NCBI GenBank assembly: GCA_036507075.1
Contig: DASXQR010000166.1
Coordinates: forward strand, 1 to 17,327
Direction of reading: 5' to 3'
Length of the DNA: 17,327 bases
Origin: Acidobacteriota bacterium
Lineage (GTDB): Bacteria > Acidobacteriota > UBA6911 > JACQSX01
Position 1 is the first letter of the stretch. Each line of letters starts with the position of its first letter. Shown piece after piece: positions 1 to 9,326 of this stretch. The position numbers were made by a program, and so were the translations under genes. The notes beneath the pieces were generated by a model. That model saw nothing but the letters and a program-made list of their open reading frames with translations, was not told the DNA's origin and ran no database searches.

Positions 1-118
1 CGAGATTCGCGGTGAATTCTTCAATATTTTCAACCGCACAAACTTCGGACTGGGCGGCACGCCGCCCCGACCGAACGTGCTCGATCTCACCAGATTTGGT
101 GTCGCGAACGGGCCGCGC
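1..118 (+). repeat. Left copy of exact 118-bp terminal direct repeat
   Basis: 1-118 is identical to 17210-17327 (CGAGATTCGC...GGGCCGCGC). Confidence 0.98.
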
Positions 119-163
119 ACGGGAGCGCGCCTGGGCCAGATCGTGGCGAAGATCAACTTTTAA
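2..163 (+). CDS. C-terminal end (5'-partial) of a TonB-dependent receptor / carboxypeptidase-regulatory-like-domain outer-membrane protein
   Basis: Frame 2 reads EIRGEFFNIFNRTNFGLGGTPPRPNVLDLTRFGVANGPRTGARLGQIVAKINF*. It has the R-x-E-F-F-N-x-F-N-x-x-N-F motif and terminal Phe typical of acidobacterial TBDR C-termini. Not in the supplied ORF track. Confidence 0.85.
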   Translation, partial: EIRGEFFNIFNRTNFGLGGTPPRPNVLDLTRFGVANGPRTGARLGQIVAKINF

Positions 164-226
164 GCGCGTCCGGTTTGAACGTCGGAAAAAATTGAAAGGG
201 GAGTTGCGGCTCGGCCGCTTCCTCCA

Positions 227-449
227 GCAGAAAGGCTCCGCCTTGCTGCGGAGTTTGGACATTTCGACGGAGTCGGAGCCGAGGCGCGGGAGCGCCCGGC
301 CCAGGAATGTTGGTCACCAGCAGCACAGCCACTGGCCAGGGATGACCTGCATCCTTGGGCCGGGCGCTTCCGCGCCTCGGCTCCGACGGTTGGTGCGGAA
401 CGGCATAGCGGTTCGAAGCCCGCTGCGCGGAAAGGCTCCGCCTTTCCGC
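227..449. repeat. Composite palindromic repeat: two short REP-like hairpins flanking a long inverted repeat
   Basis: Hairpins GCAGAAAGGC-TCC-GCCTTGCTGC (227-249, 1 mismatch) and GCGGAAAGGC-TCC-GCCTTTCCGC (427-449, perfect). A 38-bp inverted repeat lies at 272-309 / 350-387 with about 3 mismatches. Confidence 0.85.
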
Positions 450-890
450 CAGAGGACATTAAAGCCGCGCATGTGAGTACGGAGTCCAGTACCCTTTTCA
501 TTCAGCGATCTTTGCAAACGCGAGGGGACCGTCGCTGATCCTCCGGTTCTGCCAGCTCGCCGTTCGCTTCCCGGCCGCACCGAGTCCCGCGCGTATTTTG
601 CCTGTCGGGCTTAACCTCAGGGGGATTGCTCAAGGCGACTCGGGTCCGGCGGAAGAAAATGATTTCTATCCTGCGCTTCTTCAATGCTGCCTCCCTGGCA
701 CTCTTCACCACAGTCTGGCCTGACGGCTGTTCGGTCGCCTATAATCACGGAAGCCATAGACCGGGCCAGCGGCCCACTCTAACGCGGCTTGACTCGGCAG
801 GACCACGCCGAACTGCGGCGAGCGCCTCATATTGGATGCCCCTCCGGGTGGATCGGCCTGAATTGACCATTCGCACCGCGAGACAGGGGC

Positions 891-956
891 AAAGTAGCAC
901 TCAGCCCGGGAGGAAGTAACGATAGAAGGCCGAAATTGAGGCCAAGGAAAAGCCAA
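891..956 (-). promoter_or_regulatory. Putative activator-dependent sigma70 promoter with three phased boxes (copy 1), divergent from the wHTH regulator
   Basis: Minus strand: TTACTT (919-914), 17-bp spacer, TACTTT (896-891, with TGn extension). Plus-strand boxes GCCGA/GCCAA/GCCAA at 929, 941, 952. Matches 9327-9391. Confidence 0.65.
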
Positions 957-963
957 ATCAAAC

Positions 964-2988
964 ATGCAGAGCGCTGCCTACGATTCCTATCGGTTTGATG
1001 ATTTCACCCTGGATCCTGCCAGTGGCTGTTTGCTGCGCCACGGTCAGGAAGTAAAACTGCGGCCTAAAGTATTCGATGCGCTCAAGTATCTTGTCGAGAA
1101 CAACAATCGCCTGATCAGCAAAGACGAATTGATCAAGGCCGTCTGGTCGGATTCATTCGTGACCGATGATTCGCTCGTGCAGTGCATAGTGGAACTTCGC
1201 CGCGCGCTCGGCGACGAGTCACAACAAATCATCAAGACGGTTCCGCGTCGCGGCTACATTTTCAAGGCAGAGACCAGGAAAGTCGATGCCCCAGCGGCCG
1301 GCACGATTTACGTAGAGCAAGTAGAAGGCGTCAGGGTCATCATCGAAGAGACCGAGACAGAGAATAAGCACCTGCTGGTATCAGCTTTAGACTCGAAAGA
1401 GAGTTCAAGGAGCACGCAAACATTCGCCGAGACTGCCCCAAAAGCGCCGACGGCCAACGAGACATTGGCGGCAGCCGTCACGCAATCCACGGCGCGCCGT
1501 CTCATTGCCAAAATTAAACGCCACAACAGGGTCGTCGCCGTGATTTTGGCAGTCGCTCTCGCCGGGGCGGCGACCGTTTACTTTTACTTCGCAGCGGCGG
1601 GCCGGGCGATACGTTCTGTTGCAGTGCTGCCATTTGTCAGTGCCGGCAGCGACCCGAATACCGAGTATCTCTCGGATGGAATTACCGAAAGCATCATCTA
1701 CAGCATTTCCCGGTTGCCGGCTCTGAAAGTGGTACCGAGCAGTTCGGTCTTCCGTTACAAAGGCAAGGGAATAGTCCCCCAGACTGCCGCGCGCGAGTTA
1801 GGCGTGCGCGCCGTTATGACCGGCCGGGTATTGCAGCGCGGCGCTGATCTGATGATCAGCGCAGAGCTGATCGACACCCGCGACAACAGCGTGCTTTGGG
1901 GCCAGCAGTATTATCGAAGGCTTGCGGACATCCTTGCGGTGCAGGAAGAGATCGCGAAAGAAGTCTCAGAGAAGCTGCGCCTGAGTTTGAGCAATGAGGA
2001 ACAAAAGCTGCTGGCCAGACGTCACACCGAAAAAGCCGAGGCCTATCAGTCATACCTCAAGGGCCGCTTCTGGTGGAACAAAAGAAATGCGGCCGGCTTT
2101 CACAAAGGCATCGAATACTTCAATCAGGCCAGGTCGCAGGACCCAAATTATGCTTTAGCCTACGTCGGCCTGGCTGATTGCTATATGGGCCTGAGCAGCT
2201 ACGGTCTGCTCGCGTCAAAAGAGACTTTCGAACCGGCATCATCCGCTGTGAGAAGGGCGTTGGAAATAGATGAGCGATTGGTTGAAGCTCACACTTCCCT
2301 GGCGCATATCACGTGGCTCTATCGCTGGGACTGGCCTGGAGCTGAACGGGAATTTATGCGAGCGATTGTGTTGAACCCCAACTACGCGACCGCCCATCAG
2401 TGGTATTCGGTGTACTTGTCGGCGATGGCGCGGCACGACGAGGCGATTCGCGAGGCTAAGCTTGCCCGGGTGCTTGAGCCGCTCTCAATCTCCATTATCC
2501 AGTCCGTGGCGAGGGCCTTTTACAACGCGCGCCTATACGAGCAAGCCATTGCCACTTACATGGAGACATTGGAAATCGACCCGAATAATTACCGCGTCAA
2601 CAGCGTGCTGGATATGGCCTATGAACAAAGAGCCTTGTACGACCAGGCCGTCGCTGTCCGGCTCAAGGCGATGGCGGTCATGGGTGCTGAGCCGGAAAAA
2701 ATCTCGTCTCTGCGCAAAGCTTTCGCCGTCTCAGGCTGGAAGGGCTACTGGCGGAAGGAGCTCGACTTTACAAGAGAGGCGGCGAAAAAGCGATTTGTTC
2801 AGCCGTATTTTTTGGCGAGAATCTATGCGCGTCTTCACGATCCTGATCATGCCCTGGAATGGCTGCAAAAGGCCTACTCGGATCATTCAGAGCATCTGGT
2901 TGGATTAAAAGTTGACCCGGTCTTTGACGGCCTTCGCTCAGATCCCCGTTTCGCCGACTTGCTGCGCCGCATCGGTCTCGCCCGTTGA
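964..2988 (+). CDS. CadC-like winged-helix transcriptional regulator with TM segment, TolB-like domain and TPR repeats
   Basis: N-terminal Trans_reg_C motifs (YRFDDFTLD...LRPKVFDALKYLV...ISKDELIKAVW...IKTVPRRGYIF), hydrophobic VVAVILAVALAGAATVYFYF, TolB-like SVAVLPF...EYLSDGITESII, TPRs, and family C-terminus LKVDPVFDGLRSDPRFADLLRRIGL. Confidence 0.95.
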   Translation: MQSAAYDSYRFDDFTLDPASGCLLRHGQEVKLRPKVFDALKYLVENNNRLISKDELIKAVWSDSFVTDDSLVQCIVELRRALGDESQQIIKTVPRRGYIFKAETRKVDAPAAGTIYVEQVEGVRVIIEETETENKHLLVSALDSKESSRSTQTFAETAPKAPTANETLAAAVTQSTARRLIAKIKRHNRVVAVILAVALAGAATVYFYFAAAGRAIRSVAVLPFVSAGSDPNTEYLSDGITESIIYSISRLPALKVVPSSSVFRYKGKGIVPQTAARELGVRAVMTGRVLQRGADLMISAELIDTRDNSVLWGQQYYRRLADILAVQEEIAKEVSEKLRLSLSNEEQKLLARRHTEKAEAYQSYLKGRFWWNKRNAAGFHKGIEYFNQARSQDPNYALAYVGLADCYMGLSSYGLLASKETFEPASSAVRRALEIDERLVEAHTSLAHITWLYRWDWPGAEREFMRAIVLNPNYATAHQWYSVYLSAMARHDEAIREAKLARVLEPLSISIIQSVARAFYNARLYEQAIATYMETLEIDPNNYRVNSVLDMAYEQRALYDQAVAVRLKAMAVMGAEPEKISSLRKAFAVSGWKGYWRKELDFTREAAKKRFVQPYFLARIYARLHDPDHALEWLQKAYSDHSEHLVGLKVDPVFDGLRSDPRFADLLRRIGLAR

Positions 2989-3003
2989 CGGAATGCTACT
3001 CCC

Positions 3004-3246
3004 GGGTTCCGCGTTCCGGGTTTCGAGTGCCGAGGGCAAGGCCTCGTCCCATTGAAAACGCTTCCGGTGCAGGCCGCTCCGATTCCGTGGTTGGGGTAAG
3101 TTGGGGGTAATAGGAAACTGGAAACTTGAACCTCAACCCCCCAGTGCCTGTCCGAATCGGAACCCGGAACCCGAAACTCGGAACCCGAAACTCGTAACGG
3201 GCAGCCGAATTGGAACCCGGCACTCAGAGCCCGAAACCCGAAATGC
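3004..3246. repeat. Inverted arrays of degenerate heptamer tandem repeats
   Basis: GGGTTCC GCGTTCC GGGTTTC GAGTGCC (3004-3031) faces GGAACCC GGAACCC GAAACTC GGAACCC GAAACTC (3159-3193) and GGAACCC GGCACTC AGAGCCC GAAACCC (3212-3239). Confidence 0.85.
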
Positions 3247-3387
3247 TCGGCTTGGCCGGTACGAGACTTAACAACAAAGTCATCACTTTCTGTGATTTGT
3301 AAATCGGATTCATTGCCAAACCCCCTCAGTGAATCAGAGGCACGATTTCTCAAAACGAACGGCCCGAACCTGACAACCGACTCCGAC

Positions 3388-6300
3388 CTACGGCACGATT
3401 TGCGCCGGGACCGCCGTCAGAACTGATAGATCGTTGGTTCCGAACAGGGCAAAGGCCGCCAGGGGACTGGCCGAATTCACTTTGATGTACCCGGAGCTGC
3501 GGTTTTGTCCCACCAATTGCGGAAAGAATTCCGTCAGCAGCCGCGCGGTACGACCTGCGGCCGGAATTTCCTCAGTTTTTGTTCCCAGTAACACGCCGCT
3601 CTCGTCATAAACCTCCAGCGTCACACGGGCAACCGTCGCATTCGGGTTGAGGATCGAGACCCCGGTAAAGTAAGTCTGGTTCGAAGCAAGCTGGCTGAAC
3701 ACCAGAGAACGGAAGAAAGTAGAGACCAAAGGAAGAGCGGAAGCGAATCGAACGCGCCCGGGGTCCCCGAACGCGACGCTTCCTGTAAGTCGGATACCGT
3801 TGCTGGTTATCTTCACGTAACCCTGGCTGGCGGTTGTGCCGGAAGCAAAGAATGCCTGATCGGAAACATATATCTTTCCCTTTGCCGCTATCGGCACGAT
3901 GCGCCGTGAACCGATGGGAGTCCCGTCGTCGCGAAAGAACTCAAGTGTGACCGTCCCCGAAAGCGAATCGAGGTTGACCACGGATAGCGTGGAAAGATAC
4001 TGATTGCCGCCGGCTACATACTGGGGCGAATAGAGCACCGTTCCGCCTGCGCCCGCATCCTGCCCATTTAATGCCTTGACGTACTGACGGGGTTTGCGCA
4101 GCAACTCGAAGCCTAAGAGAGGTTGGCTCGATGTGACTCGAACATAGTCGGCAGCGAAAGGACGTATGCCGGAAAAGATGTCATGGTAGGACTCTGCCCA
4201 TATCGCGTTGGCGTTCACCTGGCGCGTAATCGGCGGCAGACGTTGTGTTCCATCGGACTGAAGCAGCTCGAACGTCAAGACGGCGGGAGAATTATTCGGA
4301 TTAACAATGTGGAATTCCGTCACGCCCTGATCTTCAATGTCAGGAAACACGAGCGAGGTCGCAAGCGTGGAAGAGGCATCGGCCCCATCGAGGATGGAAA
4401 GATCGCTGTTGAAAGTCTGAAAGAATCCGGCGGTCTGGCGCGCGCTGCTTTCCAGTCGCAGCCAACTGATCGGCACGCGCGCTGTGGAATCGGCGGCAAA
4501 TATCTGCCTGGCCAGAATCGCAACCTGCTGGCCCGGGTTGAGGAACAGGCCCGCCGGATTGCGTAGTCCGCGTCCGGAGAGCACGCCTCCGGATGGATCG
4601 TAGGCCGTCAGTGTCACAGCAGCGTTTCGATCGCTCAAATTGACAATCGCGATTCCCGTTTCTTCGTAATCGGTCACGGAAGGACCGCCTGTTTCCGCGC
4701 TCAAGACTCTTGGGATGTACTGCACTGTCTGCGAAGGGGCCGATTGCGCCGAAAGTTTGCCGACGAACACTTCGCCGCCGCCGCGACTCTTATTTTGAAA
4801 TCCCCCGACGCTCGGAAAATTTGCCGAGAGCGTCCGTCCCGCCACATAGAGATCCCCCGCGCTGTCAACCGCCATGGCAAGCGCCAGGTCTTCGTCCCCT
4901 CCTCCTAGATAAGTCGAATAAATAAATCCGGTCCCGGCCGCGTTCAGCTTGGCAAGGAAAACGTCAATCGAGCTGCCGGCATTGGCCGACTGCACGGCGT
5001 CCTTTGTGGGAAAATCAGGCGAAGTGGTGATCCCGGAAAGGTAAACATTGCCTGCGCTGTCAAGAGCAATACCGGTTGCGGCATCGTTTCCATGTCCGCC
5101 GACATAAGTGGAATAAACGAGCGCCGTTCCGTCTGCATTCAATTTCGACAGGAAAGCGTCGCTTCCTCCGCCGGCCGGCTGCAGCGGAGTGAGGGTGGGA
5201 AAGTTTGTCGAATCTGTATCGCCTGCCGCGTACGCGTTTCCCGAAGAATCCACGGCAAGGCGCAGAACACGATCGATGCCGCTGCCACCCAGGTATGTTG
5301 CGTAGACCAGCGCGCCACCGGCCGGGTTCACCTTTGCTAGAAATCCATCTGCGGCGCCCCCGCCGTGGGAGCGCTGAAATGGACGGAGTGTCGGCAGATC
5401 CTGAGAAGTTGTGATTCCGGCCAGATAAGCATTGCCTGCGTCGTCAATCGCTATTGCTGTGCATCCATCCGCGCCGGTCCCCCCAAAATAGGAAGAATAA
5501 ACAAGCGCCGTCCCGGCTGTGTTGATCTTAGCCACAAATGCATCCGATGGCCCTCGAATCGCCGTCTGCAAAGCATTCACGGTTCGAAAATCCGTGGAGG
5601 ATGTCGTGCCGGAAATGTACGCATTGCCGGCACTATCGACAGCGATGGCGGCGGCAAGATCTTCACCGCCGCCTCCGAGAAAGGTGGAATACACGATCCC
5701 TCCACCGGAGGCATCGAGCTTGGTAACGAAAGCATCGAAGGATTGGTTCTTGACGGGCTGGATGGCGCCGGAAACTGGGAAATCGGCCGAATTCGTAAAT
5801 CCGGTGAGATATGCATTGCCTGCCGCGTCGATCGCAATGGCAGTCGCATAGTCTGTTCCGCTGCCGCCGATATAGGTCGCGTAAGCCAACCCCGTTCCTG
5901 CGGCATTCAGTTTCGCAATGAAAATATCCGTACCGCCCTTGCTGCCCGTACCGGGCAGGCCGCCCAACGTCGGGAAGTCAAGCGAAGTCGTCACCCCGGT
6001 TATGTACGCATTGCCGGACCTGTCCACCGCGATGGCGTGTCCCTGTTCGTCGCGGCTCCCGCCAAGATAGCTGGAGTAGACCCACACGGGATCGATGGTG
6101 AGCGATCGTTTCGGGTCATAGCCTCCGAGCACGAAGCCGACATGACGGCCGTCTTGTATGCGGTAACCAGTGGAGATCTGCATTCGCTCGCCGTCAATCT
6201 CTTGATACGCCATGGGCTTTCGAAGGCGCATTTCGCCGCCGCCGCTTGTCAGAAGCAGATCCCCGGCATCATCAATTCGCAAGGCGGGACTTGCGGCGGT

Positions 6301-6822
6301 TGTCTCGAATTCGAGCCGAATCTTCTCCGGCCGAGCTCCGGGCTTCAGGATGAAATCAAATTCCATTTCGCGCTGATTGACATAGAAGACCAAATCCACT
6401 CCTGGATACAGGCCCAGGTAGTTGACCCTTTGATAAGTCGGAACGTTGAGCGGCCAGGCGCGCCGGTTGCCCCCGATTAAATAGTTGATCTGGCCTGGCA
6501 GGGGGTTGACGCCGAGCAGCCTCGCGTGTTTGTTGCCGCCGGAAAATTTCAGTCGAACGACGGCGCCGTCGAGTTTCACCACCGCCTCATCTTGCGTGAG
6601 AAAGAGTGCAAAGCCGTCGCCGCGCGCAAGAAATTTTACGTGCGCATCGGTCTGCCCCTGGTTGGCTTCAAACCTGAGCGGAAAGGCGGACGAGCGAAGA
6701 AGCTTAGGGATTCCATTGATCGACTCTGCAAACAGGTGCGCGGGCGCCGCCGCAAAGCATTCGATAACAAGCAGGGTAAGAATCTGAGAGGCCCCTGGCC
6801 TCTTCCTATATTGATTATTCAT
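3388..6822 (-). CDS. Secreted SBBP beta-propeller repeat protein with four C-terminal beta-rich repeats
   Basis: Signal-like N-terminus, the FEANQGQTD...VKFLARG N-terminal domain typical of SBBP proteins, and about 7 repeats of YSTYLGG...IAVDxxGNAYxxGxTxSxDFP. C-terminal repeats TGIAIVN / TEFHIVN / STLSVVN / TGVSILN. The ATG at 6822 is preferred over the ORF-track start 6873, which lies inside a REP. Confidence 0.93.
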   Translation of the reverse strand: MNNQYRKRPGASQILTLLVIECFAAAPAHLFAESINGIPKLLRSSAFPLRFEANQGQTDAHVKFLARGDGFALFLTQDEAVVKLDGAVVRLKFSGGNKHARLLGVNPLPGQINYLIGGNRRAWPLNVPTYQRVNYLGLYPGVDLVFYVNQREMEFDFILKPGARPEKIRLEFETTAASPALRIDDAGDLLLTSGGGEMRLRKPMAYQEIDGERMQISTGYRIQDGRHVGFVLGGYDPKRSLTIDPVWVYSSYLGGSRDEQGHAIAVDRSGNAYITGVTTSLDFPTLGGLPGTGSKGGTDIFIAKLNAAGTGLAYATYIGGSGTDYATAIAIDAAGNAYLTGFTNSADFPVSGAIQPVKNQSFDAFVTKLDASGGGIVYSTFLGGGGEDLAAAIAVDSAGNAYISGTTSSTDFRTVNALQTAIRGPSDAFVAKINTAGTALVYSSYFGGTGADGCTAIAIDDAGNAYLAGITTSQDLPTLRPFQRSHGGGAADGFLAKVNPAGGALVYATYLGGSGIDRVLRLAVDSSGNAYAAGDTDSTNFPTLTPLQPAGGGSDAFLSKLNADGTALVYSTYVGGHGNDAATGIALDSAGNVYLSGITTSPDFPTKDAVQSANAGSSIDVFLAKLNAAGTGFIYSTYLGGGDEDLALAMAVDSAGDLYVAGRTLSANFPSVGGFQNKSRGGGEVFVGKLSAQSAPSQTVQYIPRVLSAETGGPSVTDYEETGIAIVNLSDRNAAVTLTAYDPSGGVLSGRGLRNPAGLFLNPGQQVAILARQIFAADSTARVPISWLRLESSARQTAGFFQTFNSDLSILDGADASSTLATSLVFPDIEDQGVTEFHIVNPNNSPAVLTFELLQSDGTQRLPPITRQVNANAIWAESYHDIFSGIRPFAADYVRVTSSQPLLGFELLRKPRQYVKALNGQDAGAGGTVLYSPQYVAGGNQYLSTLSVVNLDSLSGTVTLEFFRDDGTPIGSRRIVPIAAKGKIYVSDQAFFASGTTASQGYVKITSNGIRLTGSVAFGDPGRVRFASALPLVSTFFRSLVFSQLASNQTYFTGVSILNPNATVARVTLEVYDESGVLLGTKTEEIPAAGRTARLLTEFFPQLVGQNRSSGYIKVNSASPLAAFALFGTNDLSVLTAVPAQIVP

Positions 6823-6849
6823 GGCTAACTCTGTTCCAACCAAGTCCCC

Positions 6850-6972
6850 CGACCGAACCGCGCGCGTCAGCAAGCGGACTCTCGATGTAGCGATTAGAGT
6901 AGCTGGTCGCCTCTGCGGTGGTGGAGATGCGCTACATGGAGAGTCCGCTTGCTGACGCGCGCGGTTCGGTCG
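6850..6972. repeat. REPIN-like inverted REP doublet
   Basis: 43-bp arms at 6850-6892 and 6930-6972 with 1 mismatch, core GAACCGCGCGCGTCAGCAAGCGG. Confidence 0.92.
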
Positions 6973-7009
6973 AGGCGGGTGCTTGCCCTTGTCCTCGAAT
7001 TCCCGCGAT

Positions 7010-9319
7010 TCAAATTACTCCCACCTTCACCTTGAACTGTGAATGCACTTTGGGGTCCCGCAGATCTCCTTTCAGTCGCCTCAGCGCTTTTGCAAATTCC
7101 GGACTTGCTCCCACAGAAAACGACTCCAGCAATCCTTCAATTGCGTCGAGATCGGCTTCTGTGGCAATCGCCTCCTGACCGTTCAGCATCGACTCAATCA
7201 GCGGCTGCTGCCGGTCGACGACAGAGCGCAGACGCCAGAGCAGCGTGGGATGGAAGAGAGCCTGCCTAAGCGCTTCGCCGGAGAAGCGGTAGTACAGTTC
7301 TGAATACTCACGGCCAAGGGGAGTCTGCGCTAGAATGGAATCGCGGAAAGCGCGCAGCAGCAATACCTTGTTCCTAAGAACACTTAAAAGCACGCACCAC
7401 GAGGGAAGATCAGGCTCCCGATCCGGGCCGACGGCTAAGCCCAATTGTGTTACGAGAAACCATGTTGGGCCAGCGGACACGCGCCCAACTCGCTCAAAGT
7501 CGCTGAAGTTGGCAGCAACGTCAAAGGAGAATGTGCCACTGCCGTTACCACCAGGGGCCCGGACGTTGGAAATCCAGTCGTTGGCCGATCTAATCGGTGT
7601 CCATGCGCATTCGGGCGGCGCGGTAACCCGGACCGTAACTACTGCGACAGCGGCGAGATTAGGCGGGAAACAACATTGGAGTAATACATTAGCCGGATCG
7701 AACACGTACTGCGCCAAGCTGCAGGCGCCTGCCTGCCTTAGCAGAAAAGGCTGACCCGCAACGTAGATGGTTGTCGAGCGGGGTGGCCCACCATTTCCGG
7801 AGACGCGGAACTGAACGACGGAACTTCCAGAACCAGCACTGATCCCGCCCGGAATGCCCACCCAGTCTGCATTTGTCACAGCAGTCCATTGACACGTGGT
7901 TGGAACATTGACCACTCGCACCGAGACCGAGCTGTCACCACTCGCCGGCACTAACTGGGCGCTGGGCGAAATTGATAAGAGGCCGCACTCCGCGCTGCCC
8001 GCTTGTTGGCTAATACGGACGTTTTGATTGACAACTGAGATCGTGCCTGTCCGCGCCGGTCCCGTATTGGTTGTTGCGGCAAACCTCACCTGACCGTTTC
8101 CAATGCCGGTTTCCGAGCCTTGCAGGAACACAATCCAGTTCACATCGGTGGCGGCTGTCCAGGGACAGCCAGTCTGAGTCGACACTGTGATGGAGCCCGT
8201 CTCGCCGACGGCTGAAAACTCATGGGCGGAATTCCAAACAACACCGAAGGCGCAACTGCTCGCGGGATCCGCCTGGCTGACGGTGAAAATTCGGTCTTCG
8301 ATCCTGATGGCTCCCGAACGAGGCGCTCCTGCATTCGGCGAAACGGTGAACCTGACCTGCCCATTTCCCACACCGGAGGTCGCGGAGCTGACCGTGATCC
8401 AGGCTGCATCGCTTGTTGCGGACCAGGGGCAATCGCTTGATGTGGTTAGACGGATTTCACCCGAACCGCCTATGGCGGAGAAGGCCTGGCTGGCAGGCGC
8501 GAGCGAAAAATCGCATGGAGCTGCGTAGTTTACAGTCACCCGCCAGTTGTCAATTCCCGCCGAAGTTTCAATAAAGACGCCGGGCGGTGTAATGGACACT
8601 GCGCGAATGAATGCGAGTTCAATCGGCGCGCCACTGGCAGAGAAATCGGGATGGCGGTTTTGATCGAGGGTGCCAACGCCGTTTGCAACCACGATTTCAG
8701 CGAAGTTTGTGGCCTGCAGCCCAAGTCGTCTGATCGAAGTCCAGGCGTTAGGAATGAATGGAGAGACTTGGGCGAAGTATATCCGGCCGCTTTGACGCAG
8801 CGCAGCGCCCGTCGCCTGGCCGCCTGACATTCCGCAGAAGGAAAGACAACGCGCATCTTCTGAATAATTGATTGATGTTATGGCGCCCCGGAGGGTTGGA
8901 TCAAACGTGGCGCCGATGCGTCGATTGAAACTCCAGAGTGTAATGGCGTTTGGATAAGGGCTGAGCCTGATGTCTAACCGGCGATACGGGCCCGGGTTGC
9001 CTTCGCCCGGCCGCCGAGTCGCCGCCGTTCCGCCGACACCGGGTTGACTCAGTAGAAAAAACTCCTCCCAGTCGGAATCTGCGAATGTCCCATCCTCGAA
9101 GACTATTTGGCGCGGCGTCGTGCTGTATCGGGGAGATTGCGGCTGCGCGGCTTGGGCGGAGCGAACTCGCCCCAGGGCCTTCCCTGGCGTATGTGTTTCA
9201 CGTCTAGACGAGCTCGTACCTGACGCCGGATTGCTCGGGCGAGCCGAGTTTGTGTAGAGCGGCTGAGCGGCCAGTCCTGACAACAGCGCGATCACAAATG
9301 CGATGTTTTTCGTCCTCAC
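7010..9319 (-). CDS. Secreted BACON-repeat protein with CFI-box-CTERM-like C-terminal domain
   Basis: GTG start and signal peptide MRTKNIAFVIALLSGLAAQP. Four repeats of C...CxW...W(I/V)...GxG...FxV..N...RxG.I...Q (BACON type). Tail LLRAFRDSILAQTPLGREYSELYYRFS. Confidence 0.9.
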   Translation of the reverse strand: MRTKNIAFVIALLSGLAAQPLYTNSARPSNPASGTSSSRRETHTPGKALGRVRSAQAAQPQSPRYSTTPRQIVFEDGTFADSDWEEFFLLSQPGVGGTAATRRPGEGNPGPYRRLDIRLSPYPNAITLWSFNRRIGATFDPTLRGAITSINYSEDARCLSFCGMSGGQATGAALRQSGRIYFAQVSPFIPNAWTSIRRLGLQATNFAEIVVANGVGTLDQNRHPDFSASGAPIELAFIRAVSITPPGVFIETSAGIDNWRVTVNYAAPCDFSLAPASQAFSAIGGSGEIRLTTSSDCPWSATSDAAWITVSSATSGVGNGQVRFTVSPNAGAPRSGAIRIEDRIFTVSQADPASSCAFGVVWNSAHEFSAVGETGSITVSTQTGCPWTAATDVNWIVFLQGSETGIGNGQVRFAATTNTGPARTGTISVVNQNVRISQQAGSAECGLLSISPSAQLVPASGDSSVSVRVVNVPTTCQWTAVTNADWVGIPGGISAGSGSSVVQFRVSGNGGPPRSTTIYVAGQPFLLRQAGACSLAQYVFDPANVLLQCCFPPNLAAVAVVTVRVTAPPECAWTPIRSANDWISNVRAPGGNGSGTFSFDVAANFSDFERVGRVSAGPTWFLVTQLGLAVGPDREPDLPSWCVLLSVLRNKVLLLRAFRDSILAQTPLGREYSELYYRFSGEALRQALFHPTLLWRLRSVVDRQQPLIESMLNGQEAIATEADLDAIEGLLESFSVGASPEFAKALRRLKGDLRDPKVHSQFKVKVGVI

Positions 9320-9326
9320 GATCCGG

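Noticed and set aside
12..476. 154-aa plus-strand ORF and 113-aa minus-strand ORF (160-501)
   Set aside because: The plus ORF is out of frame with the real receptor C-terminus. Both run through palindromic repeats and have low-complexity Arg/Ala/Ser composition.
2883..3353. 156-aa and 75-aa minus-strand ORFs
   Set aside because: Translations of the heptamer repeats, partly overlapping the regulator's 3' end.
5365..6480. 371-aa plus-strand ORF and other ORFs opposite the SBBP and BACON genes
   Set aside because: Antisense shadows of GC-rich coding sequence, with no recognisable motifs.
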